A stretch of 42,826 nt of DNA, from NCBI GenBank assembly GCA_016763795.1, contig JAESTF010000333.1:1-42826 (forward strand), given 5' to 3'. The stretch comes from Flavobacteriales bacterium (GTDB lineage: Bacteria; Bacteroidota; Bacteroidia; Flavobacteriales_E; Vicingaceae). The stretch's first letter is position 1. The number at the start of each line of letters is the position of its first letter. Shown here piece by piece: positions 17,602 to 27,862 of the stretch. Position numbers and translations under genes: made by a program. Under the pieces are notes generated by a model. It was given only the letters and a program-made list of their open reading frames with translations, ran no database searches and was not told where the DNA came from.

Positions 17602-19334
17602 TGAGTATAATCGATTGGGTGGTAATGCTCGGAACATTAGGGTTTATAGTTGTTTATGGAACTTGGAAAACACGTAAAAACGCAAGCTTACAAGATTATT
17701 TGCGTGGTGGTAATGAGATGAAATGGACTACTATTGGTCTTTCTGTAATGGCAACACAGGCAAGTGCTATAACTTTTATTTCTACTCCCGGACAAGCTTA
17801 TGAAAATGGGATGGGGTTTGTACAAAATTATTTTGGTTTACCCATTGCATTAATTATTGTTTCAGCAGTATTTATTCCTATTTATTACAAGCTAAAAGTT
17901 TTTACAGCTTACGAATATTTAGAATCGCGTTTTGGAGTTTCGAGTAGATTATTAGCAGCATTCTTATTTTTAATTCAACGAGGATTAGCAGCTGGAATAA
18001 CTATTTATGCTCCTGCAATTATTCTTTCTACGGCTTTAGATTGGAATTTAAGTTTAACCATTTTACTCATAGGAATTTTAGTAATTATCTACACCGTTTC
18101 TGGAGGAACAAAAGCCGTTAGTTTAACACAGAAATGGCAAATGGGAATTATTATGTCGGGAATGTTTGCTGCATTTTTTATTATTGTTCATGAGCTACCA
18201 GCTTATGTTTCGTTTGGAGATGCTATTAATGTAGCAGGAATAATGGGGAAATTAGATGTAATTGATTTTTCTTTTGATATGGATAAACGTTATACTTTTT
18301 GGACAGGAATTACGGGTGGAACTTTTTTAGCGCTCTCTTATTTCGGAACAGACCAATCGCAAGTACAACGGTATTTAAGCGGTAGCTCTGTTTATGAAAG
18401 TAGAATGGGCTTAATGTTTAATGCTATTATGAAAGTTCCCATGCAATTTTTCATCTTGTTTGTTGGTGTGATGGTTTTTGTATTCTTTCAATATCAAGAA
18501 CATCCCGTTTTGTTTAATGAAAATGCTACTGCAAAAGTGTATCAAACCGAATATGCTGATGATATGAAAGTTATTGAAGCAGATTATTCAGCAGTTTTTA
18601 ATCGGAAAAAAGAAGCATTAAAAATGGTTGTAGCTAATTATGAAAATCCTAACTATGATGAGGAAACATTAGATTATGCCATTCAAACAGTTAAAAATAA
18701 TGAAGCTGAAGCAATAGCAATTAGGGATAAAGCCAAGTTATTAGTAAATAAGGCTGTACCTGATAATAAATCTAAAGATTCCGATTACGTGTTTTTATCT
18801 TTCATTATGAATTACTTGCCCATTGGTTTAGTGGGCTTACTCTTGGCAGTTATTTTTTCTGCAGCTATGTCTTCTACTTCAGGAGAGCTAAATGCATTAG
18901 CAACCACCACTACCATAGATTTTTACAAACGATTAAACAGCAAAGAACATTCAGAACAACATTATTTAATTGCATCAAAAGTATTAACTGCTGTTTGGGG
19001 AGTATTGGCAATTATGTTTGCTTTTTTTGCTGCTTTTTCTGAAAACTTAATCGAACTGGTAAATATACTTGGTTCTATATTTTACGGCACTATTTTAGGG
19101 ATTTTCTTAATTGCATTTTTCTTAAAACGAATAAAAGGAAAAGCCACTTTTATTGGAGCTATTATTGCTCAATCTTGTGTGATTATCCTTCACTTTTTCG
19201 GGCAAAAGATAGGAACGCTAATTATGGGTTATGAGGTACAAGAAGTAGCTTATTTATGGTACAATGTAATTGGTTGCGGTTTGGTAATATTCTTTGCTCT
19301 AATTATTAACCCTTTTGATAAGACTAAAGCATAA
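17601..19334 (+). CDS. Sodium:solute symporter (SSS) family transporter
   Basis: SVMATQASAITF, TAYEYLE.RFG, YT..GG.KAV, GTDQSQVQRYL and AAMSS..GELNA motifs; about 13 TM segments. Confidence 0.93.
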   Translation: MSIIDWVVMLGTLGFIVVYGTWKTRKNASLQDYLRGGNEMKWTTIGLSVMATQASAITFISTPGQAYENGMGFVQNYFGLPIALIIVSAVFIPIYYKLKVFTAYEYLESRFGVSSRLLAAFLFLIQRGLAAGITIYAPAIILSTALDWNLSLTILLIGILVIIYTVSGGTKAVSLTQKWQMGIIMSGMFAAFFIIVHELPAYVSFGDAINVAGIMGKLDVIDFSFDMDKRYTFWTGITGGTFLALSYFGTDQSQVQRYLSGSSVYESRMGLMFNAIMKVPMQFFILFVGVMVFVFFQYQEHPVLFNENATAKVYQTEYADDMKVIEADYSAVFNRKKEALKMVVANYENPNYDEETLDYAIQTVKNNEAEAIAIRDKAKLLVNKAVPDNKSKDSDYVFLSFIMNYLPIGLVGLLLAVIFSAAMSSTSGELNALATTTTIDFYKRLNSKEHSEQHYLIASKVLTAVWGVLAIMFAFFAAFSENLIELVNILGSIFYGTILGIFLIAFFLKRIKGKATFIGAIIAQSCVIILHFFGQKIGTLIMGYEVQEVAYLWYNVIGCGLVIFFALIINPFDKTKA

Positions 19335-19370
19335 AAAAAGCTCCATTAGATAATTCTAATGGAGCTTTCT
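19333..19370. terminator. Bidirectional intrinsic terminator between the convergent symporter and protease genes
   Basis: AAAGCTCCATTAGA-TAAT-TCTAATGGAGCTTT 14-bp stem with A/T tracts. Confidence 0.85.
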
Positions 19371-19389
19371 GAGTTTGATTTACTCTAAA

Positions 19390-22300
19390 TTACTTTATTA
19401 ACTTAGTTGTATAATTACTACTAGCATTATAAAGATTGATAAAGTATAGTCCTTTAGAAACTTTGTTCATATTAACTATTTCAGTTTGTTTTGATGAGCT
19501 AACATTAACTTGTTCTGTTATTACAGTTTGACCTAAAGCATTTACTATGACTAAGTTGTAATCACCTTGAGTTAAATTAGTTAAATTTAATTCTAAATTA
19601 TTACCTGAGTTTAAGAATGTAGTTACTTGTGAACCTTCATTAATATCATTAATCCCAGTACAAATTTCAATAATAGCTGTAACAGGAGTTCTTGCACTAA
19701 TACAGTCATCTTCTTTTACATTCCAATCATAGAAAAAGTAATAGTGGTCTAATCCATTATTAACGTTTGCACTACTATGTGTTATCGATGCTACACCATT
19801 TAGTGTATATGGATAATTTACACTGCCATTATTTCTGTAGAGTTCTATATTAGGTGTATTTGCAGCTAATCCCAACTGGTAATCAGTACCAGGAGTTATC
19901 ATAAAATTAAGCGAGATAACTTGTGCACCAGTTCCTGTTACATTTACAACTTGAGAGTTTAAAACTGAGCCTAAGCTGTTTCTTAACTCTACTATTCGTA
20001 ATCCTGCAGTTGAGGAATAAACAGTTACATCTATTAGCTCAAATGCAGTGTAAGCATCAAAAAATAAATGTTGTTGTGCGTTAAAATCTAGACCACTACC
20101 AGAATCGTCAGTTTTTCCAAAATTTTGTGTTGGAGCAACAATAACATCTTCTACATAATAAGTTGTTGTGGTTGTTATTACTGGAGTTGTGTATGACCCT
20201 CCTGTATTGATAATAGAACCACCTGTTGCAGCAGCATACCAATTTAATGTTCCAGAACCAGAGGCACTTAATGATGTTGTACCGCTACCACAAATACTGT
20301 CTCCATTTACGCTTGGTGCTACTGGAGATTCTACAAAAACGAAATTTGTTTTTATCTCAGTGTCATTACCAATAGTATTTTGCGAATTTAAAGTAACTGT
20401 ATAAAATCCATTTGCTGCATAAACATGCACTGGATTTTGCTGAGTAGATGTATTTCCATCACCAAAATTCCAAGACCAAGCATTTGGAGCATTGGTAGAT
20501 ATGTCTGTAAAGAAAATTTCGCCTGTACATGTTGTGTCAACATTACTTGTGAAATTTGCTGCAGGAGCTTGTGTTGCAAGATTACAAGACCAAGTTAATT
20601 CAAACCCATCTTCTTCTAAACCTCCATCAGAATGAAATAGGACAGTAATTGATCCTGTTGAAGAAGAAATTGTTGTTGGAATATTATCATTACAATATCT
20701 TGCAATTAACGTAGAAGCTGTAGATGCTCCATCATATATTTCAACAAAATCAAAATCACAATTATTATTAGAGCCAGCTTCAACATCAAAGCTTACAAAA
20801 GTTAAATCTACTGTAGCAGCTCCAATTGGTGAAATTGTAATTTGTACATCTTCATTGGCTCCATACTTAGCTGCAGGTCCACCACTATCAAAAATAGTAC
20901 CTGTACAAGCAGTTTGAGTTGTTGCAGTTCCTGCTGTTGGTAAAATTGTAATACAAGGCAAACTAGGGTCAATATTAATATAAGATACTTTTGTTTCTGT
21001 ATCCATACCACAAGAAACACCTCCATCAGCAATTAGTTGAACAGTGTAATTACCATTATTTGAATAAGTATGAGTAGGATTAAGTGTTGTAACTGTTGGA
21101 GAACCATCTCCAAAATCCCAAATAAAAGTAGTTCCGTTAATACTTGTGTTATTAAAACTCACTGTAAAAGGAGCAACACATGATGATGCTAATGGAGCAT
21201 CAAAATTACTAACAGTATTCGCTACATAAGCTGGTCCAACTCCAACTGCATGCCAAGCATTAGTAACTTCTTGAACTTGAGAAGTACAACCTCCAAACAA
21301 GTCTACTGCAGATTGAATTGCATAAAATCGTGCATCTGCATAATTAGATGATTGTGTTAAATAAACAGTAAGGTTTCTAAAAGCTACTTGACCTGCAATA
21401 GTAATACCTAAAGAATTTACGGTGTAACCATCTCCATTATCATTTGTTCCAGATCCACCGTCAGTAAGTAAATAAAACCAAAAATTTTGGACACCACTAT
21501 TGGTATGGACACCGCCATTATCTCCACCACCAAGGGGAGCCCAATTAGTTCCAAAATAAGTATCGGGATCTCCTTTTAATCCTGGGTTTTGCATGTTACG
21601 GATTCCTGTACCTCCTAAATCTTCTCCTATAACCCAATTTGCTTGTGCAGGTCGAGCCATAAATTCAACGGCTACTCCAAAAATATCACTGAATGATTCA
21701 TTTAAAGCACCTGATTCGTCTTGATAAATTAGGTTTGCGGTGTTTGATGTTAATCCATGCGTAATTTCATGGCCTGCAATATCTAATGCTGTAAAAGGAG
21801 AATTGTTTCCTGATCCATCTCCATAAGTCATTCTATTTCCATCCCAAAATGCATTTGAATAGTTATCATCATGGTGAACATGACTAATAAGTGTAAATCC
21901 ATTACCATCAATACTATTTCTACTATGCTGGTTTAGATAATAATCATAAGTCATTTCTGCTCCCCAGTGAGCATCTAACGCTGCATCTGGAGTTGTCCAG
22001 TTTGCAGATCCGTTAGTAATATCGGCTGTAGAATAATTTGTTGTATTTCCATTAGAAAATGTTCTTATTCCGTTTCCTCTACCTGATTCTCTTAAACGAA
22101 ATGGTCCCGTTGAATTATCACTGGTAATAGTTTGTGTACCACTATAAAGTGTTGTAGCCGTTCCTGTAACATCTGCTTCATGAATTTTATTTTGCTGCCA
22201 TACAACATTTCCTGTATTAGCATCAATAAATACATCTCTTCTACTAAAAGGTTCTTGAGCGTAGATGTTAAATTTATAGGCTAACTTTAATTTATTCTCT

Positions 22301-22884
22301 ATTCGACCATTATTATTAATTAGAACTAACTCTCCTTGGGGGTAGTAAGTTGCTGTTAAATCTTCCAGTTCTTCTTTTAATTGAGCCTCTTCAGATTTAA
22401 TTTCCCACTTATAAGTTGTAGCATTAATAAAATTTAACGCTTTTTTTAATGCACTGGATTCATTTAAAGAAGGACTTGATGCAACATTAATATCGCTAAA
22501 AAACTCTCCATTAACAGAAACTACTAATCCATTTTGTACGTGAGCAGTAAAAGCAGACAGTTCAACAGGAATTCCATTTACTGTTTGTTGATAACGATAA
22601 TGTGTAAAGCCTAAGTTTCCGTTTTCTTTTTTGATTAATTTAACACCATACTTAGCATCAGAAATGTAAAACTGATTTAACCATGCTTCCAATTTAACTA
22701 AAGGTACCTCTTTGCCTTTTTTAAATTTTACATAGTTTGGAATGTTTGTAAAACTTTTTAGTCTTACAATTTCGCTATTGGCTACTTTTTCTGAGGCCTT
22801 TTTTCCTGTTAAAACAGTCGCGTTTCTTTCTGCAGCTAATGTTAGTACAGAAAAAATAGAAACAAGGAGTAGTAATTTTTTCAT
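19390..22884 (-). CDS. M4 (thermolysin-like) metallopeptidase with FTP/PepSY propeptide, PKD-CUB-PKD and Ig-like domains and a T9SS C-terminal domain
   Basis: NAFWDG, HEITH, GALNESFSD and GVHTNSG; two WDFGDG/WNFGDG PKD motifs; CUB C.FDFVEIYDG...FHSD....GF; C-terminal sorting domain ending KGLYFINL...KLIK. Confidence 0.93.
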   Translation of the reverse strand: MKKLLLLVSIFSVLTLAAERNATVLTGKKASEKVANSEIVRLKSFTNIPNYVKFKKGKEVPLVKLEAWLNQFYISDAKYGVKLIKKENGNLGFTHYRYQQTVNGIPVELSAFTAHVQNGLVVSVNGEFFSDINVASSPSLNESSALKKALNFINATTYKWEIKSEEAQLKEELEDLTATYYPQGELVLINNNGRIENKLKLAYKFNIYAQEPFSRRDVFIDANTGNVVWQQNKIHEADVTGTATTLYSGTQTITSDNSTGPFRLRESGRGNGIRTFSNGNTTNYSTADITNGSANWTTPDAALDAHWGAEMTYDYYLNQHSRNSIDGNGFTLISHVHHDDNYSNAFWDGNRMTYGDGSGNNSPFTALDIAGHEITHGLTSNTANLIYQDESGALNESFSDIFGVAVEFMARPAQANWVIGEDLGGTGIRNMQNPGLKGDPDTYFGTNWAPLGGGDNGGVHTNSGVQNFWFYLLTDGGSGTNDNGDGYTVNSLGITIAGQVAFRNLTVYLTQSSNYADARFYAIQSAVDLFGGCTSQVQEVTNAWHAVGVGPAYVANTVSNFDAPLASSCVAPFTVSFNNTSINGTTFIWDFGDGSPTVTTLNPTHTYSNNGNYTVQLIADGGVSCGMDTETKVSYINIDPSLPCITILPTAGTATTQTACTGTIFDSGGPAAKYGANEDVQITISPIGAATVDLTFVSFDVEAGSNNNCDFDFVEIYDGASTASTLIARYCNDNIPTTISSSTGSITVLFHSDGGLEEDGFELTWSCNLATQAPAANFTSNVDTTCTGEIFFTDISTNAPNAWSWNFGDGNTSTQQNPVHVYAANGFYTVTLNSQNTIGNDTEIKTNFVFVESPVAPSVNGDSICGSGTTSLSASGSGTLNWYAAATGGSIINTGGSYTTPVITTTTTYYVEDVIVAPTQNFGKTDDSGSGLDFNAQQHLFFDAYTAFELIDVTVYSSTAGLRIVELRNSLGSVLNSQVVNVTGTGAQVISLNFMITPGTDYQLGLAANTPNIELYRNNGSVNYPYTLNGVASITHSSANVNNGLDHYYFFYDWNVKEDDCISARTPVTAIIEICTGINDINEGSQVTTFLNSGNNLELNLTNLTQGDYNLVIVNALGQTVITEQVNVSSSKQTEIVNMNKVSKGLYFINLYNASSNYTTKLIK

Positions 22885-23060
22885 AATTTAAAAGGAATAG
22901 TTTAGTTAAGTCTATAAATTTAGTACTTTAATATTAAAATGCGATGTCTAATATGACATATTAAAGGAATCCTAACCTTATGAATTAATAAACGGAGCTT
23001 TTTAGGTGGTAACGGTAAACTACTTGGAATTACAAACTGAAAATATATAGAAGTCTCTCT

Positions 23061-24170
23061 TTAAGGTTTTAAATAACCGAAGATCAGTGTCGCAGCTCTT
23101 TTAGAGGCCCCAATTCCACCTAGTTTTTGATTTAATGTTTCATAATCCTTTAACATTTTTTTGCGTGGCTCTATTGATATAATCTTAGTTAGTTCGTTAA
23201 CTAAATTGGTTGTAGAAAGTTTATTCTGAATCAGTTCTTTTACAATTTCTTTATCCATAATTAAATTAACTAAAGAAATGTATTTAACTTTTATAACGAG
23301 CTTAGCTAAATTGTAAAATAACCAGCCAGTTTTGTAACAGACTACTTGTGGTACTTTAAATAAAGCGGTTTCTAATGTTGCAGTACCAGAAACAACTAAG
23401 GCTGCTGTTGAATGTTGTAATAAATCGTAAGTTTTATTTTCAATTAGAGTAATATTTCTATTGATAAATTGTTTGTAAAAACTAAGGTTTTGTGCTGGTG
23501 CTCCTGCTATAATGAATTGGTAATCAGGGAATTTGTGAACAACAGTAAGCATTAAGGAAAGCGTGGATGAGATTTCTTGTTTTCGACTGCCTGGTAATAA
23601 TGCTATAATTGGTTTGTTATTCAATTGATGAGTGCTACAGAATGTTTCAAAAGAAATTTGAGGTCTATCAGCAATAGAATCGAGTAGGGGGTGCCCTACA
23701 AAATCAACAGTGTAATTAAATTTTTTATAAAAATCTTTCTCAAAAGGAAGAATAACAAACATTTTATCTATAATGTTTTTTATTTTAAATCCTCTTTTTT
23801 GATTCCAAGCCCAAATTTTAGGAGAAATATAATAGTAAACTTTTATGTTGTTAGTTTTTGCCCATTTGGCAATTTTCATATTAAACCCAGGGTAATCCAC
23901 TAAAATAAGTACATCAGGATTATACTGTTTAATATCATCCTTGCAAAAAGAAATGTTTTTAAATATGGTTCGGATATTTTTAATGACAGCCTCAACCCCC
24001 ATAAATGCTAATTCCTTATAGTGCTTTACAACAGTGGCTCCTTGTTCTTGCATTAAATCACCACCAAAACATCTAAAATCAGCATTGTTATCAGCTATAG
24101 CTAATTCCTTAATAAGATAAGAGGCTTGTAAATCTCCAGATGCTTCTCCTGCTACAAAATAGTACTTCAT
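23061..24170 (-). CDS. lpxB: Lipid-A-disaccharide synthase
   Basis: AGEASGD, VDYPGFN, YISPKIWAW, LPFE, VGHPL, LLPGSR and SGTATLE. Confidence 0.96.
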   Translation of the reverse strand: MKYYFVAGEASGDLQASYLIKELAIADNNADFRCFGGDLMQEQGATVVKHYKELAFMGVEAVIKNIRTIFKNISFCKDDIKQYNPDVLILVDYPGFNMKIAKWAKTNNIKVYYYISPKIWAWNQKRGFKIKNIIDKMFVILPFEKDFYKKFNYTVDFVGHPLLDSIADRPQISFETFCSTHQLNNKPIIALLPGSRKQEISSTLSLMLTVVHKFPDYQFIIAGAPAQNLSFYKQFINRNITLIENKTYDLLQHSTAALVVSGTATLETALFKVPQVVCYKTGWLFYNLAKLVIKVKYISLVNLIMDKEIVKELIQNKLSTTNLVNELTKIISIEPRKKMLKDYETLNQKLGGIGASKRAATLIFGYLKP

Positions 24171-24175
24171 TAGGA

Positions 24176-24475
24176 TTACATAAAAAACATATAGTACATA
24201 TAAATAGCAGCATAAAGCAGTGTAGCAAACAAAACACCTCTAGCTGATTTATCTTTTTTTAACCAGTAAAAAAGGAAAAACAAACCTAAATTGATAAGCA
24301 AAGCGCCTTTTAAATCATTTACTAAAGGGCTGAACATGGGGTTTTCTATAATGTATTCTAATGTAAAACTAGAATAATAACCTAAAATTGCAGTCATAAT
24401 TAACACCGGAAAAATTAATCCAGGTATTAGACCTATTAAAATATGATCGGCTTTTTTAAAATCTGATTTATCCAT
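24176..24475 (-). CDS. Hypothetical membrane protein (about 3 TM)
   Basis: 99-aa hydrophobic ORF tightly coupled between surE and lpxB. Confidence 0.75.
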   Translation of the reverse strand: MDKSDFKKADHILIGLIPGLIFPVLIMTAILGYYSSFTLEYIIENPMFSPLVNDLKGALLINLGLFFLFYWLKKDKSARGVLFATLLYAAIYMYYMFFM

Positions 24476-25238
24476 TTTCTAAGTCTTTTATATCGTTAAT
24501 TAACGAATAGTTGGTAACATCGGGTTGTATAGGAACAATGGATACGTAATTGTTAGACAAAGCCCATTCATCAGTATCTTTTCCTATATCTTCAAGTATA
24601 AATTTCCCTGTTAGCCAATAATATTTTCTACCCATAGGATCTGTTCTTTCATCATATTCTTCTTCCCAATTCCCTCTGGCTTGTCTGCAAATTTTTATAC
24701 CAGCAATAAGGTCTATACTTAAGTTAGGAATATTAACGTTTAAACAGAGGTGTTTCGCATAATTTCCATTGAGTATTTTTATTATTAGTTGTTTTGCATA
24801 ATGTTTTGCAGCTGTAAAATCGGCATCAACAGAGTGGTTGAGTAGTGAAAAACCAATTGATGGAATGCCTTCCAAAGATCCTTCTAATGCTGCTGACATT
24901 GTTCCTGAATAGATAACATTAATAGAAGAATTTGATCCGTAATAAATTCCAGAAATAATTAAATCTGGTTTGCGGTTTAAAATTTTGTTTACAGCAATTT
25001 TAACACAATCAACAGGTGTTCCGCTACAAGAGTAAGCTTTAACACCTTCAATATTCATTTCTTTAACATGTAAGGTAGAATCAAGAGTAATAGCATGACC
25101 CATTCCACTTTGTGGTTTGTCGGGTGCTACCACTACAACTTCACCTAGTTCTTTAGCAACATTTATTAATGCGTTAATTCCTGAGGCGTTAATTCCATCA
25201 TCATTAACTACTAATATTAGAGGGTTTGTTAAATTCAT
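24468..25238 (-). CDS. surE: 5'/3'-nucleotidase SurE (atypical SGIYYG motif)
   Basis: ILVVNDDG, VVAP...QSG.GH, SGTPVDCV, YSGT..AA.EG and LNVNIP. Confidence 0.93.
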   Translation of the reverse strand: MNLTNPLILVVNDDGINASGINALINVAKELGEVVVVAPDKPQSGMGHAITLDSTLHVKEMNIEGVKAYSCSGTPVDCVKIAVNKILNRKPDLIISGIYYGSNSSINVIYSGTMSAALEGSLEGIPSIGFSLLNHSVDADFTAAKHYAKQLIIKILNGNYAKHLCLNVNIPNLSIDLIAGIKICRQARGNWEEEYDERTDPMGRKYYWLTGKFILEDIGKDTDEWALSNNYVSIVPIQPDVTNYSLINDIKDLENG

Positions 25239-25243
25239 TTAAT

Positions 25244-25260
25244 TATTTTTGTCAAACTTA
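25244..25260. promoter_or_regulatory. Two opposed TAnnTTTG -7 elements (bidirectional promoter for surE and usp)
   Basis: TATTTTTG on + (25244-25251) and TAAGTTTG on - (25260-25253) within a 35-bp divergent intergenic region. Confidence 0.6.
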
Positions 25261-25273
25261 CAGAGAAACAGTA

Positions 25274-26047
25274 ATGAAAACAATTTTAATACCTACCGAT
25301 TTTTCAGAGAATTCTAATTATGCATTGGAGTACGCATCTTTTATTGCTAAATCGAAAGGAGGAGAATTGATAATTCTTCACATTACTAAAGATGAAGGGA
25401 GTGTTCTGGAAAAATTACAAAAAGTTAGAGATCTTCCTTTTTTTAAGGGGTTAACAATTAAAGTGATTATAAGGAAAGGGAAGAGTATTAGTAAAACGAT
25501 TAACAAAGTAGGGATTGAATTTGATGTCGATTTGATTTTAATGGGGTCTAATGGTATTTCTAATGTCGGAGAATTATTGTTGGGAAGTAACACAGAAAAT
25601 GTGATTAGAAATTCTCAGTTTAATGTGTTAACCATTAAACATAAAATGTTAGATTTGAGTTTAAATACAGTTTTATTTCCTTCTGATTTTTCTTCTGAAT
25701 CGTATGCTATTTTTGAAATAGTAAAAAAGTTTGCAGATTCGTTTAATGCGCAAATTCATTTATTACGTGTAGTTACTTCAGATCAGAAAAAAGGTTCGGA
25801 AACTATAAGTAATAAAATGGATGCTTTAATTACTCACTTCCAATTACCTGAAAATAGTTATAAAAAAATAATTTTTAGAGATACTACCAAAGAATTAGGG
25901 GTTTTAAACTATAGCATAAAGAGTGATATTGATATGATAGCTATTGGTTCGCATGGAAAAGGAATCGTACGTAAATTGGTAAAAGAAAGTATCTCTCAAA
26001 ATTTAGTGAGAGATACTTTTAGACCTATACTTACTGTTCGATTTTAA
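25274..26047 (+). CDS. Universal stress protein (tandem Usp domains)
   Basis: MKTILIPTDFS, DLILMGSNG...LLGSNTE.V, second domain VLFPSDFS...DMIAIGSHG; start at the ATG 25274. Confidence 0.92.
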   Translation: MKTILIPTDFSENSNYALEYASFIAKSKGGELIILHITKDEGSVLEKLQKVRDLPFFKGLTIKVIIRKGKSISKTINKVGIEFDVDLILMGSNGISNVGELLLGSNTENVIRNSQFNVLTIKHKMLDLSLNTVLFPSDFSSESYAIFEIVKKFADSFNAQIHLLRVVTSDQKKGSETISNKMDALITHFQLPENSYKKIIFRDTTKELGVLNYSIKSDIDMIAIGSHGKGIVRKLVKESISQNLVRDTFRPILTVRF

Positions 26048-27729
26048 GACAGACCAGATATTTTACCGTTATCGTCAATATCCATATTTTCTGATGCAGG
26101 AGTGGCTGGTAAACCAGGCATACGCATCATTTTTCCTAAAATTGGGATTATAAAACCTGCTCCTGTAGCAAATTCAAATTCTCGAACATTTACAGTAAAT
26201 CCTGTTGGTCTTCCTAGTAATTTATCATTATCAGAAAATGACTTTTGAGTTTTTGCCATACAAATAGGAAGTCCTTGCAAACCTAAAGTGTCAATTTTTT
26301 TAAGGTCAGTAATTGCTTTTTTAGAATACTCAACAGCCTCAGCACCATAAATTTCTTTTGCAATTCGCTCTATTTTTTCTTTAATGGTTAAGTTCCAATT
26401 GTATAAAGGTTGAAAATTGTTTTTTCCAGATTCTACTTCTTTAACTACCGCTTCTGCTAACTCAATCATTCCATCGCCACCTTTAGCAAATCCTTTGGCA
26501 ACAATTGCTTGCACGCCCATTTTTTTACATCTGTTTTGTATTAATTTCACTTCTTCTTCAGAGTCAGAAGGGAATGCATTAATTGCTACAACGGGGTTTA
26601 ATCCAAATTTCTTACAATTTTCAATATGTTTTTCTAAATTAGCAAACCCTTTTTTTACTCTCTCAATATTAGGGTCATTGTACTCTTCTTTTTTTGCTCC
26701 ACCGTGGTGCCTTAACGCTCTAATTGTTGCAACTAGAACCAATGCTTTAGGTTTTAACCCAGCAGAAACACATTTAATATTTAAGAATTTTTCAGCACCT
26801 AAATCTGCACCAAACCCAGCTTCAGTAATCACGTATTCAGAAACTGAAAGTCCTGTTTTTGTAGCAATAATAGTATTTGTTCCTTGTGCGATATTAGCGA
26901 AAGGGCCTCCATGAATAATTGCGGGGTTACCTTCTAATGTTTGAACTAAGTTTGGTTTAATGGCATCTTTTAGTAGAATAGCCATTGCATTCTGAGCTTT
27001 TAAATCATTTGCATAAATAGGCTTTTTATCAAAGGTAAAACCTATAAATATTTTTCCAAGTTTTGTTTTTAAGTCACTAAAACTTTCGGCCATACATAAA
27101 ATAGCCATTACTTCTGATGCAGGGGTAATGTTAAACCCATCCTCTCGAGGAATTCCGTTTAGTGTGCCACCAAGACCAATTGTTATTTGTCTAAGGGCTC
27201 TGTCATTCATGTCCATTACTCTTTTCCAAACAATGGTACGAGGATCAATTCCTAAACTTCTGGTTTTACTTTGTATGTTGTTATCAATTAATGCAGATAA
27301 TAAATTATTTGCTTTTTCAATAGCAGAAAAATCTCCAGTAAAGTGAAGGTTAATGTCTTCCATAGGAACAACTTGTGCGTATCCACCACCTGCAGCACCA
27401 CCTTTAATTCCAAATACAGGCCCTAAAGAAGGCTCTCTTAGAACTACGGTGGTTTGTTTACCAATTTTATTTAATCCTTCAGTTAATCCAATAGAAGTAG
27501 TCGTTTTCCCTTCTCCAGCAGGTGTCGGAGTTAAGGCTGTAACTAATACTAAGTTGTTTTTGGCGATTTTTTTTTCATCAATAATACTTAGTGGTAATTT
27601 AGCTTTGTATTTACCATATAATTCTAAATCATCAAGATCTATATTTAATTTAGTAGCTATTTTATTGATATGAAACATTTCATTTTTTTGAGCAATTTCT
27701 ATATCGGAAAGGAATTTTGTAGCTGACAT
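26044..27729 (-). CDS. fhs: Formate--tetrahydrofolate ligase
   Basis: TPTPAGEGKTT, LREPSLGPVFGIKGGAAGGG, HGGPFANIA, TEAGFGADLGAEKF and MRMPGLP. Confidence 0.97.
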   Translation of the reverse strand: MSATKFLSDIEIAQKNEMFHINKIATKLNIDLDDLELYGKYKAKLPLSIIDEKKIAKNNLVLVTALTPTPAGEGKTTTSIGLTEGLNKIGKQTTVVLREPSLGPVFGIKGGAAGGGYAQVVPMEDINLHFTGDFSAIEKANNLLSALIDNNIQSKTRSLGIDPRTIVWKRVMDMNDRALRQITIGLGGTLNGIPREDGFNITPASEVMAILCMAESFSDLKTKLGKIFIGFTFDKKPIYANDLKAQNAMAILLKDAIKPNLVQTLEGNPAIIHGGPFANIAQGTNTIIATKTGLSVSEYVITEAGFGADLGAEKFLNIKCVSAGLKPKALVLVATIRALRHHGGAKKEEYNDPNIERVKKGFANLEKHIENCKKFGLNPVVAINAFPSDSEEEVKLIQNRCKKMGVQAIVAKGFAKGGDGMIELAEAVVKEVESGKNNFQPLYNWNLTIKEKIERIAKEIYGAEAVEYSKKAITDLKKIDTLGLQGLPICMAKTQKSFSDNDKLLGRPTGFTVNVREFEFATGAGFIIPILGKMMRMPGLPATPASENMDIDDNGKISGLS

Positions 27730-27862
27730 ACTTATCTATATTTTAAATTTGAGTGCTAAAGATAGAAAAAAACATAAATAAGAGGTGTAATATTATGTTT
27801 TGATAAAAATATTTTTTTGGCACTGTAATTGAATTAGTCTAAAAAGTTAAAAAATAATAAAT

